Source of the DNA: Octopus vulgaris | Lineage: Eukaryota | DNA length: 64,000 nt | NCBI GenBank assembly: GCA_951406725.2 | Contig: OX597818.1 | Span: 70,432,001 to 70,496,000, forward strand | Direction of reading: 5' to 3' | Shown: in pieces, positions 1-12,829 of the stretch | Position numbering within the stretch: position 1 is the first letter of the stretch | How the letters are laid out: each line of letters opens with the position of its first letter | Notes under the pieces: model-generated | Seen by the model: only the letters and a program-made list of their open reading frames with translations | Told to the model about the DNA's origin: nothing | Database searches by the model: none | Program-made: the position numbers and the translations under genes

Positions 1-103
1 TTCTACCATTTCAATAGATTTGTATCTTCTCTTTATTCCAATGAAAGGAGGCCATATTCTGCAAACAGATTCCTCTTTGTTCAAGCTCACACCTCTTTCT
101 CAT

Positions 104-178
104 ATTTCGATGATTTTCCTACATGGTAACCAAAGCGATAATTATCGCTTTGGTTACCATGTAGGTAATCATCGAAAT
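104..178. repeat. Near-perfect palindrome with a 48-bp perfect, spacer-less core (118-165)
   Basis: cctacatggtaaccaaagcgataa|ttatcgctttggttaccatgtagg is its own reverse complement. It extends through one mismatch/indel to atttcgatgatt...aatcatcgaaat. Confidence 0.95.
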
Positions 179-519
179 TTTTGTTTGTCTTGTTGAGAGA
201 GGCTCCTTTTCTTTCCTGATGAGAAGATTGCATAATGCACCCTTTATTCCTTCGGAATGAAAATATGCTGTCTTCGAAACATGTGTCAAGAGTAAAGGAA
301 TTTTGTTAACATCTTCGTTCGACTCCATTCTTTCATTTATTCATATACAACACACAAATTTCTACACATGAACCCGGAGTTTCTACCCTTGACAGGTCGC
401 TTCAACCATGTTTTCTGACGTGAATTTGCTACCCAGGTTTCGGTTAAATGAATTTTCCATGCTGACGATAAACATAGGATAATTCATTCACCAACTTAAA
501 TATATATATATATATATAT

Positions 520-797
520 ATAAAGCACCATCCGATCATGACCATTGCCAGCCTCGCCTGGCCTCCGTGCTGGTGACACATAAAAAGCACCATCCGATTG
601 TGGCCGTTTGCCAGCCTCGTCTGGCACATAAAAAGCACCCACTACACTCACGGAGTGGTTGGCATTGGGAAGGGCATCCAGCCGTAGAAACACTGCCAGA
701 TCAGACTGGAGCCTGGTGCAGTCTTCTGGCTTCCCAGACCCCAGTTGAACTGTCCAACCCGTGCTAGCATGGAAAGCGGACGTTAAACGATGATGAT
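520..797 (+). mobile_element. RTE-related SINE / non-autonomous element with internal tandem subrepeats
   Basis: Repeated taaaaagcacc units, GGAAGGGCATCCAGC core and tail tccaacccgtgctagcatggaaagcggacgttaaacgatgatga. The same motifs recur at about 1705-1965, 5795-6370, 19360-19560 and 38238-38800. Confidence 0.75.
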
Positions 798-844
798 ATA
801 TATATATATATATATATATTTATAAAATCCTAATATTAATTCTT

Positions 845-1056
845 ACTGCCAAAGGCAAAAGGCCTGAAATTGTGGGAGAGGGGGACTAGTTGGTTACATT
901 AACCCCAGTACGCAACTGGTACTTAATTTATCGACCCTGAAAGGCTGAAAGGCAAATTCGACTTTGGCGGAATTTGAACTAAGAACGTTAAGACGCACAA
1001 AATGCTGCTAAGCATTTTGCCAGGCATGCTAACAATTCTGCCAGCTTGCTGCCAAT
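845..1056 (-). mobile_element. tRNA-derived SINE with Meta-type central domain
   Basis: The minus strand reads ggcagcaagctggcagaattgttagca...gttcaaattccgcc (B-box)...gcctttcagcctttcagggtcgataaattaagtaccagt...actggggt. Many copies occur in the window. Confidence 0.8.
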
Positions 1057-1704
1057 AATAATAATAATAATAATAAAGATTAGCATTCCTTTAATTCCTT
1101 TATACAAATAAATATGTCTAAATTCTGGTTATATAAGAATTATTACTGGATTTATATACTAACCATTGAATAAGCTTTTTTGAATAACTAACTGTGAGCA
1201 ATCTGGTAAATGTTTGAAGATATCCTTCACTAATTCTCAATGTATATATATAGTATTTATATATAGTATATGCGTATATATGAATATGCTTATAGGAAGT
1301 AAACAAATGTGCATCACTCTCAACTGTGACTATTTCATGTGTTTGATCAAGTGAACTGCCTGCAAATGGCTGGGTATCCCACAGAGATGTAACTTTAATA
1401 TAATCCATAGGCAAAGTCAGTCTGGCAGAGTGTAACAAGCCGACCCCTTCAATTACAGGTTTCTGTCTGTTGTGCTTCCATATATTTTCTCTATCCTTAA
1501 TTTTGCTCAAAATGCTTTGTTCAATCTGAGATACACGCACACGCTCTCTCTCTCACTCACACACACAAACATATACATATATATACACACACATATATGT
1601 ATTATATATGTTTATATATATGTATTATATATATACATAAATGTAATATATATGTATATACATATATATTTTATATATACATACATATATGTATTATATA
1701 TATG

Positions 1705-1965
1705 CCAGTCGGACATAAAAAGCACCATTCAAGTATGGCTGTAGCTAGTGCTACCTGACTGGCTCCCGTGCGGGTGGCACATAAAAAATACCCACTACAC
1801 TCTTGAAGTGGTTGGTATTAGGAAGGGCATCCAGCTGTAGAAACTTTGCCAGATTGGATTGGTGCTTAGTGCTGCCTTCTGGCTTGCCAGCCCTCAGTTA
1901 AACCGTCCAACCCATGCCAGCATGGAAAGTGGATGTTAAACGATGACAATGATGATGATAGTGAT
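1705..1965 (+). mobile_element. RTE-related SINE copy
   Basis: ggaagggcatccagctgtagaaac core and aaccgtccaacccatgccagcatggaaagtggatgttaaacgatga tail, as at 520-797. Confidence 0.75.
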
Positions 1966-1966
1966 G

Positions 1967-2036
<70 letters not shown>

Positions 2037-2599
2037 TACACACACACACGTATATACATATATATATACACACATGCACAAGCACATGCAGACATGCATA
2101 GACACAAACATTGTTGGTATCACCAGCCGCCCAGCAGACCTACATGTCTTGTCACTCATGTCTTGCATGTAACCATAAAACGGTTCCTTCCCACAATCCC
2201 CATCGCAAGGCACATCACTTGCCACAGTGAATCACAGCAGATAACAGCAAAAATTAAAAAAACAGCAATTTTAGAAAGAAATCAGGAGAAAAACAAGTTC
2301 ATTATTTTGCAGATATCTCACTAAACTACAAATATGTGTACACAACACACATTCATATACATACGTACGCATGTACATATGTATATGCATATACACACAT
2401 GCATTGCAGTGAGAACATCAGTATACACACACATACACACACAACCATACACATACACACACATACATATGTCTGTGAAGACAATTGCTTTTATTTGCTT
2501 TGTATATTTTTAATGATTATCATATTGCTTCCTTTTGCTTCTTTTACGTTTTTTTCCCTCTCATTATCACTTTATTAGCATGAGATTCCAAGATTCCAT

Positions 2600-2696
2600 C
2601 AGAGATAATCCCACACTGACATATTTTATATCGCTTCCTACTCCAGTGACGCTACACCTACATGTAGTGACAGGTTACAACACCTGGTGACGACTG
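2600..2696 (+). mobile_element. Possible Ty3/Gypsy LTR end plus primer-binding-site relic
   Basis: ggttacaaCA-cc-TGGTGACGAC fits the LTR(CA)/2-nt gap/TGG PBS junction pattern. No internal ORFs follow. Confidence 0.35.
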
Positions 2697-3029
2697 CTGC
2701 CGAGTCATTCATGGTGTACACCTGTGTATAACTTAGTATACCTGTGTGCAACTATTGTCTTCACTATACCTTCCTACTTTCCTTTAAAAACCTTATCTAT
2801 TTCAAGCGAAACTTTTTCAATTTAGTCCCATGCCCTACCAGATGCTTGTTAAAATTCAGGATTTCTCCATTGTTTATGATTTTTACCTCATTTTTTCGCT
2901 GGGTTCCACTGTAGTTTTTTGAAAAGGTCAAAAGTTTAAAAGAAAATGAATAATGAAATTCTCTTCCATTGAAACCTCATTTTATTGGCTTCAAATTTCA
3001 TTCAACTTCATATTTACGATATGAGTATG

Positions 3030-3700
3030 AGAAGTTCTTAGCATTTATTGACTTGTGAAAGACCTTTGACAGAGTTCTACATGGCTGCTAGTATTCGATC
3101 CAGGTGAATGGAATCTGGGAGCTGTAAGAGTACCTCTGCACATGAAATATTCTTCATAAAGTGAAAGTGAGCAATGATATTAGTGGGGAATCTTTTGTGC
3201 AGGCAGAGATTCATGAAGGTCCACTTCTTAGTTCTCCTCTTTTGTTAGAGTGTTTTAGGCCTTGACAGTAGACTTTATGAAGAGTGGTTACAGGTAAGAA
3301 CTGTCGAGGACTTCGTACTTGTCTACTGAAGAATTAGTGTAGAAATACCAAAGGAAGGAAACTCGCTGTTGAGACAGTTCTCGGAGAAAACTTAGCAAAG
3401 GCTAAAGTTGTTGTTATTAGGAAGGAAACAAGACACTTTTGTCTTCAGGGAAATGTGACAGTGTCTAATAAATGGCAAAGAGATAGATAGGAATTCTATG
3501 TAAAATATGGATGCACAAAGGGACAGAAAAAGTAGCCTTCGTGTGTAGTAGATGCACAAGGATTGGTAACAGATTTTGTTATTTAGATGACAAAATTTGC
3601 AGTAGTATAGGTTACTCTAAGATTGCAGTGATCAGAATATGGACAGAATAGAAAAAGTTCAGAGATTTATTACCTTGGATGACAGCAAAAGAATTCTCTC
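3030..3700 (+). mobile_element. Decayed RTE-type LINE reverse transcriptase fragment
   Basis: Frameshifted DL.K.FDRV-like (gacttgtgaaagacctttgacagagtt) and HQGSxLSP-like (catgaaggtccacttcttagttctcctc) motifs. Confidence 0.55.
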
Positions 3701-4534
3701 TCTCTCTCTCTCTTTCTCAATAAGGAGAAGAAGTTTAATGGTGAGAGGTAGGGTAGCTATCTAATGAATGATTTGTAGGAAAGGAAGTGATTGCTAGAAG
3801 TACCCTTGGGTGATGTTTGCAGGTGATTGACAAGGAGACAGAGAGAGGAAGAAGAAAAGCAAAGTTGATGGGGAAGAGAGTGATGAGGATTGTCAAAACA
3901 AAGTGACTGGGAGCAGGGATGGGGGAATGGCTATTGTTACTGAAGCACCAATAAGAGAGCCTCTATAGGATGGGTAATCTTTTAAAAATAGTAGCCAAAG
4001 CTACTTCAGAATTGCACACTATCTCAGAAGATAGAAGTCTTGGCTTCATCATCCGAAAAGTGATCAGATGATCATCCTTAAAACACCTTTGATCTGGGTG
4101 GTCATGGTTGGCCTGGAGGGAAATAGCTATAACAACTACACCAACTGGAACAACTATAAGAATTCTCTCAAATAAATTTTGCTCATTATGAATATTTCCA
4201 TCATTATAACAATACATTCCATGTTTGAATGAACTTTTATCAGCTGATAAATTAGTTTGAATATTTTAGTGTAAATGAGATCAGAGTGAAGGTTTAATAA
4301 TAGTCAATAATTGATAATTAGGTGAACTAATTAGCCATATAATTAACCACCACCCCAAACATGTAATAAAATATTTTGGCTGTAAGGACATCCAGCTGAA
4401 GAAACCATGTTAAAAGGGATGCAGACTTGGTACTCTGAGTAGTCAGACCCTGTCAAACCTTCCAGCCCATGGAACCAAGAATTAAATGAGGATGATGATG
4501 ATGATGGTGGTGGTGGTGGTGGTGGTGGTGATAA

Positions 4535-4700
4535 ACTTTTCTACTACAGGACCAAGATCTGAAATTTCGTGGGACAGGGGTGGGTGGCTAAGTCAATTAT
4601 ATCGACCCCAGTGCTCAGCTGGTACTTAGTCTATCAACCCTGAAAGAATGAAAGACTCTGGCAGCATTTGAACTCAGAACGTAAAGACAGACAAAATACA
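4535..4700 (-). mobile_element. Meta-type SINE copy
   Basis: atcgaccccagtgctcagctggtactt...accctgaaagaatgaaag...tttgaactcagaacgtaaag, homologous to 845-1056. Confidence 0.75.
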
Positions 4701-5499
4701 TGTATGTATGCATATATATATATATATTATTTATATTGTATATTTATATATACACACATACACACGTGTGTGTGTGTGTGTATGTTCTTGCTTTGACAAT
4801 GTGTGATAGGTTGTAAAATTATTGTTACTGTCAAACCAGCAGAATCATTTCCAATAAACCCAATGATGTTTGGCTTTTGGGGAAACATTACCTTCCTTGA
4901 AAACAGATGAGGGCTGGTGACAGGGAGAGCACCCAGTTGTAGAAAATCTTCTTCAATAAACTCCATCCAATTCATGCAAGTATGGAGAAGTGGACATCAA
5001 AATAATGGTGTTGTTGTTGTTGTTGCTGTTGTTTTATATTTGACACGATGGGAAGATGTTGATTTCAAAACAGAATATTCAAATTGTTTTCTGTATTTGT
5101 TACATTGCTAATTTCTGCAGGTTTTCATCTAAATTACCGGAATACTCTCTGATAACAGGTTACCAATTCTGTGATTACAAACAAGATATCACATGACCAT
5201 CTAATTATCAATTTGTGGCTACTTGTCTCTTTAAAAGGTCATTCAAGGAAATATGAGGTGTGTCCCCTTGCATGAAAAATCTAAAATGTTATCAGAGCGA
5301 AAGGAAACGCTAGTTTGGAGAATAATGTTTACATTTATTTTGCAGAGATTAAATTCCTCTTCACCATTACCACTACTCCTTCTGTTTTTTTGCCTCTTCC
5401 TCTTCCTCAGATTGGAATGGTCTGCCCTAGCATCGTGTCTTGCCAATAGCCTCAGTCTTTCTATGACAGATGCACAGGTAACAACAGACAAGACTGCCA

Positions 5500-5755
5500 T
5501 TCGTCTTTGCTGTAGTGTAATGATGGAACATGGAGTAGTTATTTGGCTATTCAGCCTGTGATTGTAAGGTCATGAGTTGTATTCCTAGTGGCACATTTTG
5601 TGCCATCCTATGTCACACTGAGACTCCCTGAGAGCAACGTTAAGTGTACACATGTCTGTGGAGTGCTCGGCCACTTGTATGTTAATTTCACGAGCAGGCT
5701 GTTCCATTGATCGGATCAACTGGAACAATTGTCGTCGTAAATGATGGAATGCCAC
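5500..5755 (+). mobile_element. tRNA-headed SINE (additional family)
   Basis: aaggtcatgagtt...ggagtgctcggccacttg...gttaatttcacgagcaggctgttcc...ggatcaact, homologous to about 14300-14600. Confidence 0.65.
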
Positions 5756-5794
5756 TCTTTTTTTTTTTTTTTTACTTTGATGCTATGTTCTCTT

Positions 5795-6370
5795 TTGTTA
5801 GCTGGATGCCTTTGCTGTCAACAACCATAAAACACACATATCTATGAAATAGATGTCATCATATTTTTTGTCTTGCAAACACTTGGTGACCCTGTCAGTG
5901 CAGGTGCCACTTAAAAGCACCCAGTCCACACTGTAAAGTTGTTGGTGTTCAGAAGGGCATCCAGCTGTAAAAACCTTGTAAAACTGACCTTGCCTGTACT
6001 TGGGCCACAAAAAAAGCACTAAGTCCACTCTGCTGGGTGGTTGGTGTTAGGAAGGGCATCCAGCTGTAAAAATCTTGTCATAACAGTCACAGAAGTCTGG
6101 TGCAGGCTTCGGCCTGGCCAACTCTTGTGAAACCATCCCACCATTTGCTAGCATGGAAGGCAGACATTAAACGATGATGATGATCAGCATCTTCCATCTT
6201 CCATGCATGCATGAGTAGGACAGTTGACAGGAGCTGACCAGGTACTCCAGGCTACTGTGTCTGTTTGGGCAGGGCTTATGGCTGGATGCCCTTCCTAATA
6301 ACAACCACTCTGCAGAGTGGACTCAGTACTATTAATGGCACTAGCACTGACAGAGTCACCAAGTAATCCA
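5795..6370. mobile_element. Cluster of RTE-related SINE copies in both orientations
   Basis: Two gaagggcatccagctgtaaaa units on the plus strand, and gctggatgcc units indicating minus-strand copies. Confidence 0.65.
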
Positions 6371-7639
6371 CAAGACAAGGAATTTTGAGAGGGGCAGGAA
6401 CATTTGAGGGGAGAACTTATGTCAGAAGATGAAAGGTTAGAGTATGACAGAGAGTTAGAGAAGCAGGAACAGGGGTCTTACTATAACAGAGAGGGCATTG
6501 GAGTGGTTGACCCAATGTCAAATGATGAAAGCTTTAGAGCATGACAGAGAAATAGGGAGGCAGAAATGGGTGTCTCGCTATAGAGAAGATACATTGTTAC
6601 CTAGTGAGAGAGAGAGAGAGAATTCTTTTGTTGTCATCCGATGTAATAAATCTCTGAAATTTTTCTATTCTTTCCATATTCTGATAATCACGATCTTAGA
6701 GTAATCGATTTATGTCATATAAATAACAGAATCTTTTACCAATCCTTGTGCATCTACTACATACAAAGGCTACTTTCTTTGTCCCTTTGTGCATCCATAT
6801 TTTACAAAGGGATTACACTGTATGGAATTACTATATATTTCTCTGCCATTTATTAGACACTGTCACATTTCCCTGAAGACCAAAATGTCTTGTTTCCTTC
6901 CTAATAACAACAACTTTAGCCTTTGCCAAGTTTTCATCGAGAACTCTCTCAATAGCGAGTTTCTTTCCTTTGGTATTTCTATGCTAATTCTTCAGCAGAC
7001 AAGTCATCAACAGTTCTTACCTGCAACCACTCTTAAAGTCTACAATAATGAAGGAAGAGAGAGAGAAGGGGAAAGAGAGGTATAAGAAAGAAGACAGAAA
7101 CAGTTATGCTGCTGTAGAAGAGATATATGGTTACCCAGCCAGAGGGAAGAGCAAAGAAAAGAGAGAGAGAGAGAGAGAGAGTGGGAGACAGCAAGAGTGC
7201 AAGAGAGAGCAGGAGAGAGATTGTGAAATGCCAGGGTATACTCACAAGTAACAAGGATCAGAGTATAGATGTAATGGTAAAGTGAGGAAGAGAGAGGTAC
7301 GGAGGTCGTAATATATGTGGTCAGGTATTGCCAAGACGGTGCAAGTAGGGAAATAGGGACTGCAGTGAATAGTGAAAACCTGGGTATAAAAACAGGGTGA
7401 GTAGAAAAGCAGTGATACAGTGAGCAGAGCAATGAGGGCAGGGCAGGAGATTGGAAGACAATCTTAGTTTATGAAGAGGAAATGTGAGGAAGGAAAAGAG
7501 GCTGTTTAGAAGAGGAGATGTAATTTGGTTTCTTGGAGTAAGGAGCATGAAAAGATTGTTGTTACTTGTGGGTGGAACACAACATTTCTAGAACTCAATT
7601 TTGCTGACGTGAGCAGGACTTCTCTAGAACCACATATCA

Positions 7640-7930
7640 AACACCTCAGCCCATTGTCATTTCCTCTGTGAGCCCTAAAATCCTGAGATCAGTCCTCAAC
7701 ACTTCATCCCATGTCTTCCTGGGTTTCCTTCTTTCACAGGCACCATCCATTTTCAGTGACAGGCATTTTTGTATACTGCTGTCTTCACTCATACACATCC
7801 CATGTCCAAACCAATACATTCTCCCCTCCAGCATGCCACATTTAATCCCTCTTATGCCTAACTTTTCTCTCAACACAGTTGCACTTTGTTGGTCATGCAC
7901 ACTGATGTTGTCAATCCAACGGAGAATATT
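7640..7930 (-). mobile_element. RTE LINE 3' ORF fragment
   Basis: Translation LREKLGIRGIKCGMLEGRMYWFGHGMCMSEDS...GACERRKPRKTWDEVLRTDL matches the RTE C-terminal pattern RLRWFGHVxRM...GRPRKTW. Confidence 0.8.
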
Positions 7931-10013
7931 ACCGTCATATATAATGTTTATATATAAATAAAAATGTATATAATTTTAATATATATACACACACATATTT
8001 TTGAAATTGCAACAGAAACACCTCTTCTAAACACACTGTAGCAGAATAGAATTTCTCTGCAAAGATTGCTTCTTCTTCCTAATTGATCTTTCACTCAATC
8101 ACTGTGGAATATAATCCGAAATCCAAAAATAGCAACAAATTTAAAACAAGTATACAACATTTGGAAAATTTGGAATTAAAGATATATATAAAAAAAAGAA
8201 TTCTAAGGAAATATTTTGTTTGGAAGATAATTATCGGAAAGCAGTTTCTGAAAAATAAACTCTTTCTTGGAAGGATTAGTGGAAGTGAATTTCTGATAAA
8301 GCTTTATAAATCTAATATTTCTTCAGTTGTTTTAGTTTAAAGTAATGAGGTTATGGCTTCACTTGTGCAATATAATCTTTTAGTTTGGCAGTTTGTTTTG
8401 TGTTTTAAATTTGTTTGTGACAGATCAAGTTGGCAGAGAATGGTGATTTAGTGGAGTACATTAAAGTACTTCAAGAAACACAGCATAAATTTAAGAAATT
8501 TCTTTCAATTTCTTAGGGATTATTGAATTATAGGACACTTCTAGAAATTCTGCTAAATATAAGCAAGTTTAGTTAATCTGTTTATTTTGAGGGTTTGTTG
8601 TTTTGACATTAAATTTTTGTTTTTATCAAAACTTGTGGAATTATTGAATACCACCAAGAAATGTTGTGAAGGATATTTTTTTTACTCTTATTATTTCTTG
8701 TATGAGATTTTAAATCTTTGAATTACCGAAGATCTTTAACAATCACAAAGTTTTACATTAGTCATCATATAGAGATGTGTGAGAAAGTAGAGAAAGAGAT
8801 GTAACGATTTATTGCCACTACAACAAACTACCATTATTCTTCTTCTCTTCCTCCTCATCATCATCATCACTGCCACCATTGTCGTTAACATCATCATCAT
8901 CACCATCGTCATCACCTGCCTAGATTCCTGGCAGAACATCAGCTTTTCACAGCAGTCTTGCAAGGAATTCTGTCCTGTACATTTTTGTTATCTTTTACTC
9001 TTGATTCCGTGTCTGCCCTGTCACTTTCGTTTCCTCTTCTCTTCAACTCTGATAGACAATCCTCAGGTGTCCTGTTTCCTTTCTTCTCTCTATGTTATAA
9101 TCTAAAGCCTACCTTATCGAAACATCCCTCTGTTCTTTTTCATATACACTTTTTCCATCGCCACTTTCTGTTGGCTTCAGCCCAGAGATCTTTATTGCTC
9201 ACATTTTCTGGGTATCTATTGTTTAAGCTCTTCCTGAAGCACCATTTTGTGAATAATTGGAGTTTTTCTGAAGCTCTTCATGTTCTTTTGCCATGTCTTA
9301 GCACCATACAACAGAATAGATTTCATATTGCTGATGAAAACTCACAAATTAATACGTCTAGTAACAGCCTTTGCCTTCCAGATAAGCTTTAAAATGTTAA
9401 AAGCTTGTCTTCTGTTCTAAGTCTTAATTCAAGAGCTTCTTGTGTACTTCCATTTGTTGATGCCATGCTTCCTTAACACATAAAATGTTCCACTTTATTG
9501 AATGTATGATTTTCAATCATGACTGTTCTACAATCACTGCTTTCAATTTTCATAGCCCCTGTCCTGCCAATGTTGACCTTCAGTCATTTTTGCAGTGCCA
9601 TCTCTGTTAGACAGTATGTCTTTTCCAACATGCTGTGAACATTTTAAAATCTCAAATAAATATTATTTGTATACCCTAGCGCCTCTAGCATCTGTAACTA
9701 TACCCACTATATGCCTAGTCTTTCAGCCTGCACCGTTTGATAACACTAAAAGACTTTCTAAGGCGTTTTGCAGTAGGATCTAATCTAGAATCATGTGATT
9801 AGAAAGACAACTTCTGAGCCAAACAGATCAAGCCAAGCTCACACTTCTTTATAGCCTTGCTCCATGTTACTTAAAACAATACAACCATTACAGTCTAACG
9901 TGTCGACCAGTTTTAATTAGTGCTGTCTTATTAATCTGTTTCTAAATATCTCTGGGACTGATTCCATTGGTTGGGTGCCTTCACAACATTTAGATGGACT
10001 GGAAATTACAGCA

Positions 10014-10040
<27 letters not shown>

Positions 10041-10045
<5 letters not shown>

Positions 10046-10798
10046 GATGCAGTGAATATCTAAATTATGCAAAAATGGAAATAACACTGACATCTCATTT
10101 TAACAGATATATTTACCAAAATTACATAAAAGTATCTTGAAATACTAAAAAGTAAATTTATTCAATAAAATCGCCACTGGCTTCAACCATGGCCTCCAAA
10201 TGACTTTGGAATCTTCTGCAACTCTTCTTGACAGTCTCCTTGTTTAAGTTGGTGAATGCTGCCATAATCCTTGCCTTCAGTTCATCTTTGATGTTACGAG
10301 GAGTTTTGTTGGTCTCTTGCTCAACTGCACCCCACACATAATAATCAAGGGGTTTGCAGTGTGGGGAGTTGGGTGGCCAGATGTTAGGTGTGATGTGGTT
10401 GCAGAAATTGTTTGACAGCCATGACTGGGTTCTCCTGCTTGTGTGGCATGGTGCAGAGTCCTGTTGCCATACACAGGGTCTTCCAGCAGCCACCCTCTTC
10501 CCCCAGGGCAACACAACCTCATCCAAGCACTTGATGTAAGCCTCCTTGTTGAGTGTGAGGCCATGTGGGAAGATGAATGGATATATAATATCGCCATCAC
10601 AAGTGATCACTCCAAGCAGTACAGTATGTCATTTCCAAATTTCTAGCAGAGTGAATTGTGTCATGGTGCTGTTTTTCTCACAGACAGTGCCCAACTAACC
10701 CTACTATACTATGTAGTCAACAAAGTCAAAAACAAACAATTTTCACATGTGCAAAATTAAAAATATAAAATGGCAACAATTTGCCCATTATACCTGTA
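10041..10798 (-). mobile_element. Internally deleted Tc1/mariner-superfamily DD37D (maT) transposon
   Basis: Contains the transposase C-terminus. One end reads TAcaggtataatgggcaaattgttgccattt on the minus strand, and the other end is a degenerate cag..gtgcagtgaata. Both ends abut microsatellites. Confidence 0.65.
10158..10617 (-). pseudogene. DD37D (maT) transposase catalytic-domain fragment, 5'-truncated
   Basis: WQQDSAPCH...WPPNSPHCKPLDYYVWG, with 37 residues between the second and third Asp by my count. The N-terminal HTH and first Asp are absent. Confidence 0.88.
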
Positions 10799-10809
10799 TG
10801 TATATATAA

Positions 10810-10868
<59 letters not shown>

Positions 10869-11977
10869 TCTCAATTTCTCAATATCACTTGTCATTAGTG
10901 CACCAGGCCAAATTCTTTGCCGTATTTCATCTAACTTCAAACTCTGTGTTCAAGGTCAACTTGGCCAGTCATTCTTTTGGGGCTAGTATGATAAATACCA
11001 TATAAGCACTGGGGGTCAGTTGATGTAATTAACCCCCTTCCCCCACCTGAAATTGCTGGCCTTGTGCCAAAATTTCAAAGCAATATCTCCAGCCCCTCAC
11101 TGACCATATTCCCTTCTCTCTCACCTCCACACCTATCCTAATGCCTCACCTTTCCCTTCTTCTTTACCAGTTTGTTTTTTCCCAGACGCATCGTCTTTCT
11201 TAACCAAACTACAATTTCAATGAAATCTCAACTTTAATATGTATTCATTTATCAATGAATTCTTGTTTCAAGACTCTCCCTCGGATACGCTTCTTGTGTG
11301 GATATCCCTGTTTATTGCCATAAAAACATTTCACTCAGTAGCCAGCTATTCTTTCTGCACAACTTTTGCTTTATTTACGAATTTTTTGTTGTTGATGTTG
11401 TTGTTGTGGCAGCGGTAGTCGCTGTGAGTGCTGGTGAGGGAGGGAGGGAGGATGCAGAGTAGCTTTCCACCCCTACCCACCAGCCATTTATTGTTTATTT
11501 GTTTGTTTCATCTTGTTGATTTCTTCAAGCTGCTTTTACCATTCTGTTGGTGGATTTGAATTAAAAGAATCTAATAAAATTGAACTATTTCACAGATGCA
11601 CTCACAGAACACTGCCACTCATGCATGTGGTTGCCAACGCTGTGAGAAAATGTGTAAATTACATCAGCTTTATTTGCTAGGATATGAATGTTCATACGGT
11701 TTCTCTTGTTTATTCCAGAGAGAAAAAGAGAGAGAGAGTGAGAAAGAGGAAATGTTCTCTTTACACACCTCCATTTTCGAATGCTGGTTCAATTTTTTTT
11801 ATCATGTTGGTGTGTGTGTATTTATATGTGTGTACAGATATGCACAAACATATAAGTACTTAAATACAGACACATATATATATGTACATATACATGCTCA
11901 TATATACATATAAGTACATACATCACATATAAGTACATCACATACATCACATATAAGTACATACATAAGTACATATG

Positions 11978-12072
11978 CACACACACCCAGGTATACACAC
12001 ACACCCAGGTATACACACACACCCAGGTATACACACACACCCAGGTATACACACACACCCAGGTATACACAC
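11978..12072 (+). repeat. 18-bp minisatellite (acacacacacccaggtat) x5
   Basis: cccaggtat recurs at 11986, 12004, 12022, 12040 and 12058. Confidence 0.95.
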
Positions 12073-12829
12073 TCACTGACATGTCGACTGCGATAATTTA
12101 TGATTGTGTTAAACAGTGTTTCGGCAGTTTCCTATTTAAGCGATAATTTAATATTCATAACTAGTAATAAGGTAAGGCAACATCATTCGGCATGTCGAGC
12201 AGCAGCAGAAGTGGCAAGGAGTGTTCGCTGTGAGTTGGTTTAGATTAAAATTCCGTTGTGATATGATGGGATTAAATTGTTGTTGTTGTTGTGTTACTTT
12301 GCATGGAACTTTCCAGGTAAGAACTGCAGTCATTGCTTACAATGAAATTAAAATACACAGTTGCAAGGATAAAGTGTATTAGAGAATGACATATACCGAT
12401 GCCGTGAAGGATTGTATGCTTGCTAGAAACAGAAGTCAAATCACCTTCAATTCATATTCTAATATCTCAAAATAAGAAAGGTATAATGAAGTCCTAGAGA
12501 TTATTACTGCAGAGGGAAACATGATATTATGTAATGTGGATAGGATGGCCAGAGTTGAAATACTTTTGCTCCTAAATCTGCATAATCCTAAATCTGCCTG
12601 GGATTAAAATGCTAGACGAAAATATAAAATACAACATTGCCATGGCTGGAATACCTTTAAACATAAATTGACTGAATCAGGGTCAAATTGAAACTGAAAA
12701 ATATATATGATCACGGGTGGGACGCATTTGATGTTACAGTTGTGCTTAATCAGAGCTAAGCAAGGATTAAATAACAACAACAACAACAACAACATAGACT
12801 AGAAATTTACAATCTTCAGTAAATCATAA

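Noticed and set aside
118-165. Resemblance of ctttggttacc / ggtaaccaaagc to miR-9/miR-79
   Set aside because: The matching bases sit next to the loop rather than at the hairpin base, and the rest of the mature sequence is absent.
1118-1540. 140-aa minus-strand ORF
   Set aside because: No recognisable domain, and it runs into TA-rich low-complexity sequence without convincing splice context.
1866-2324. Many ORF-track entries rich in YI/HT/CV repeats, here and throughout (for example 20538-20795, 40258-40698, 62123-62487)
   Set aside because: They are translations of (TA)n, (CA)n and trinucleotide microsatellites that lack stop codons by composition.
11978-12072. CRISPR-like regular repeats (also 23419-23516)
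   Set aside because: Head-to-tail tandem units without unique spacers, in eukaryotic DNA.
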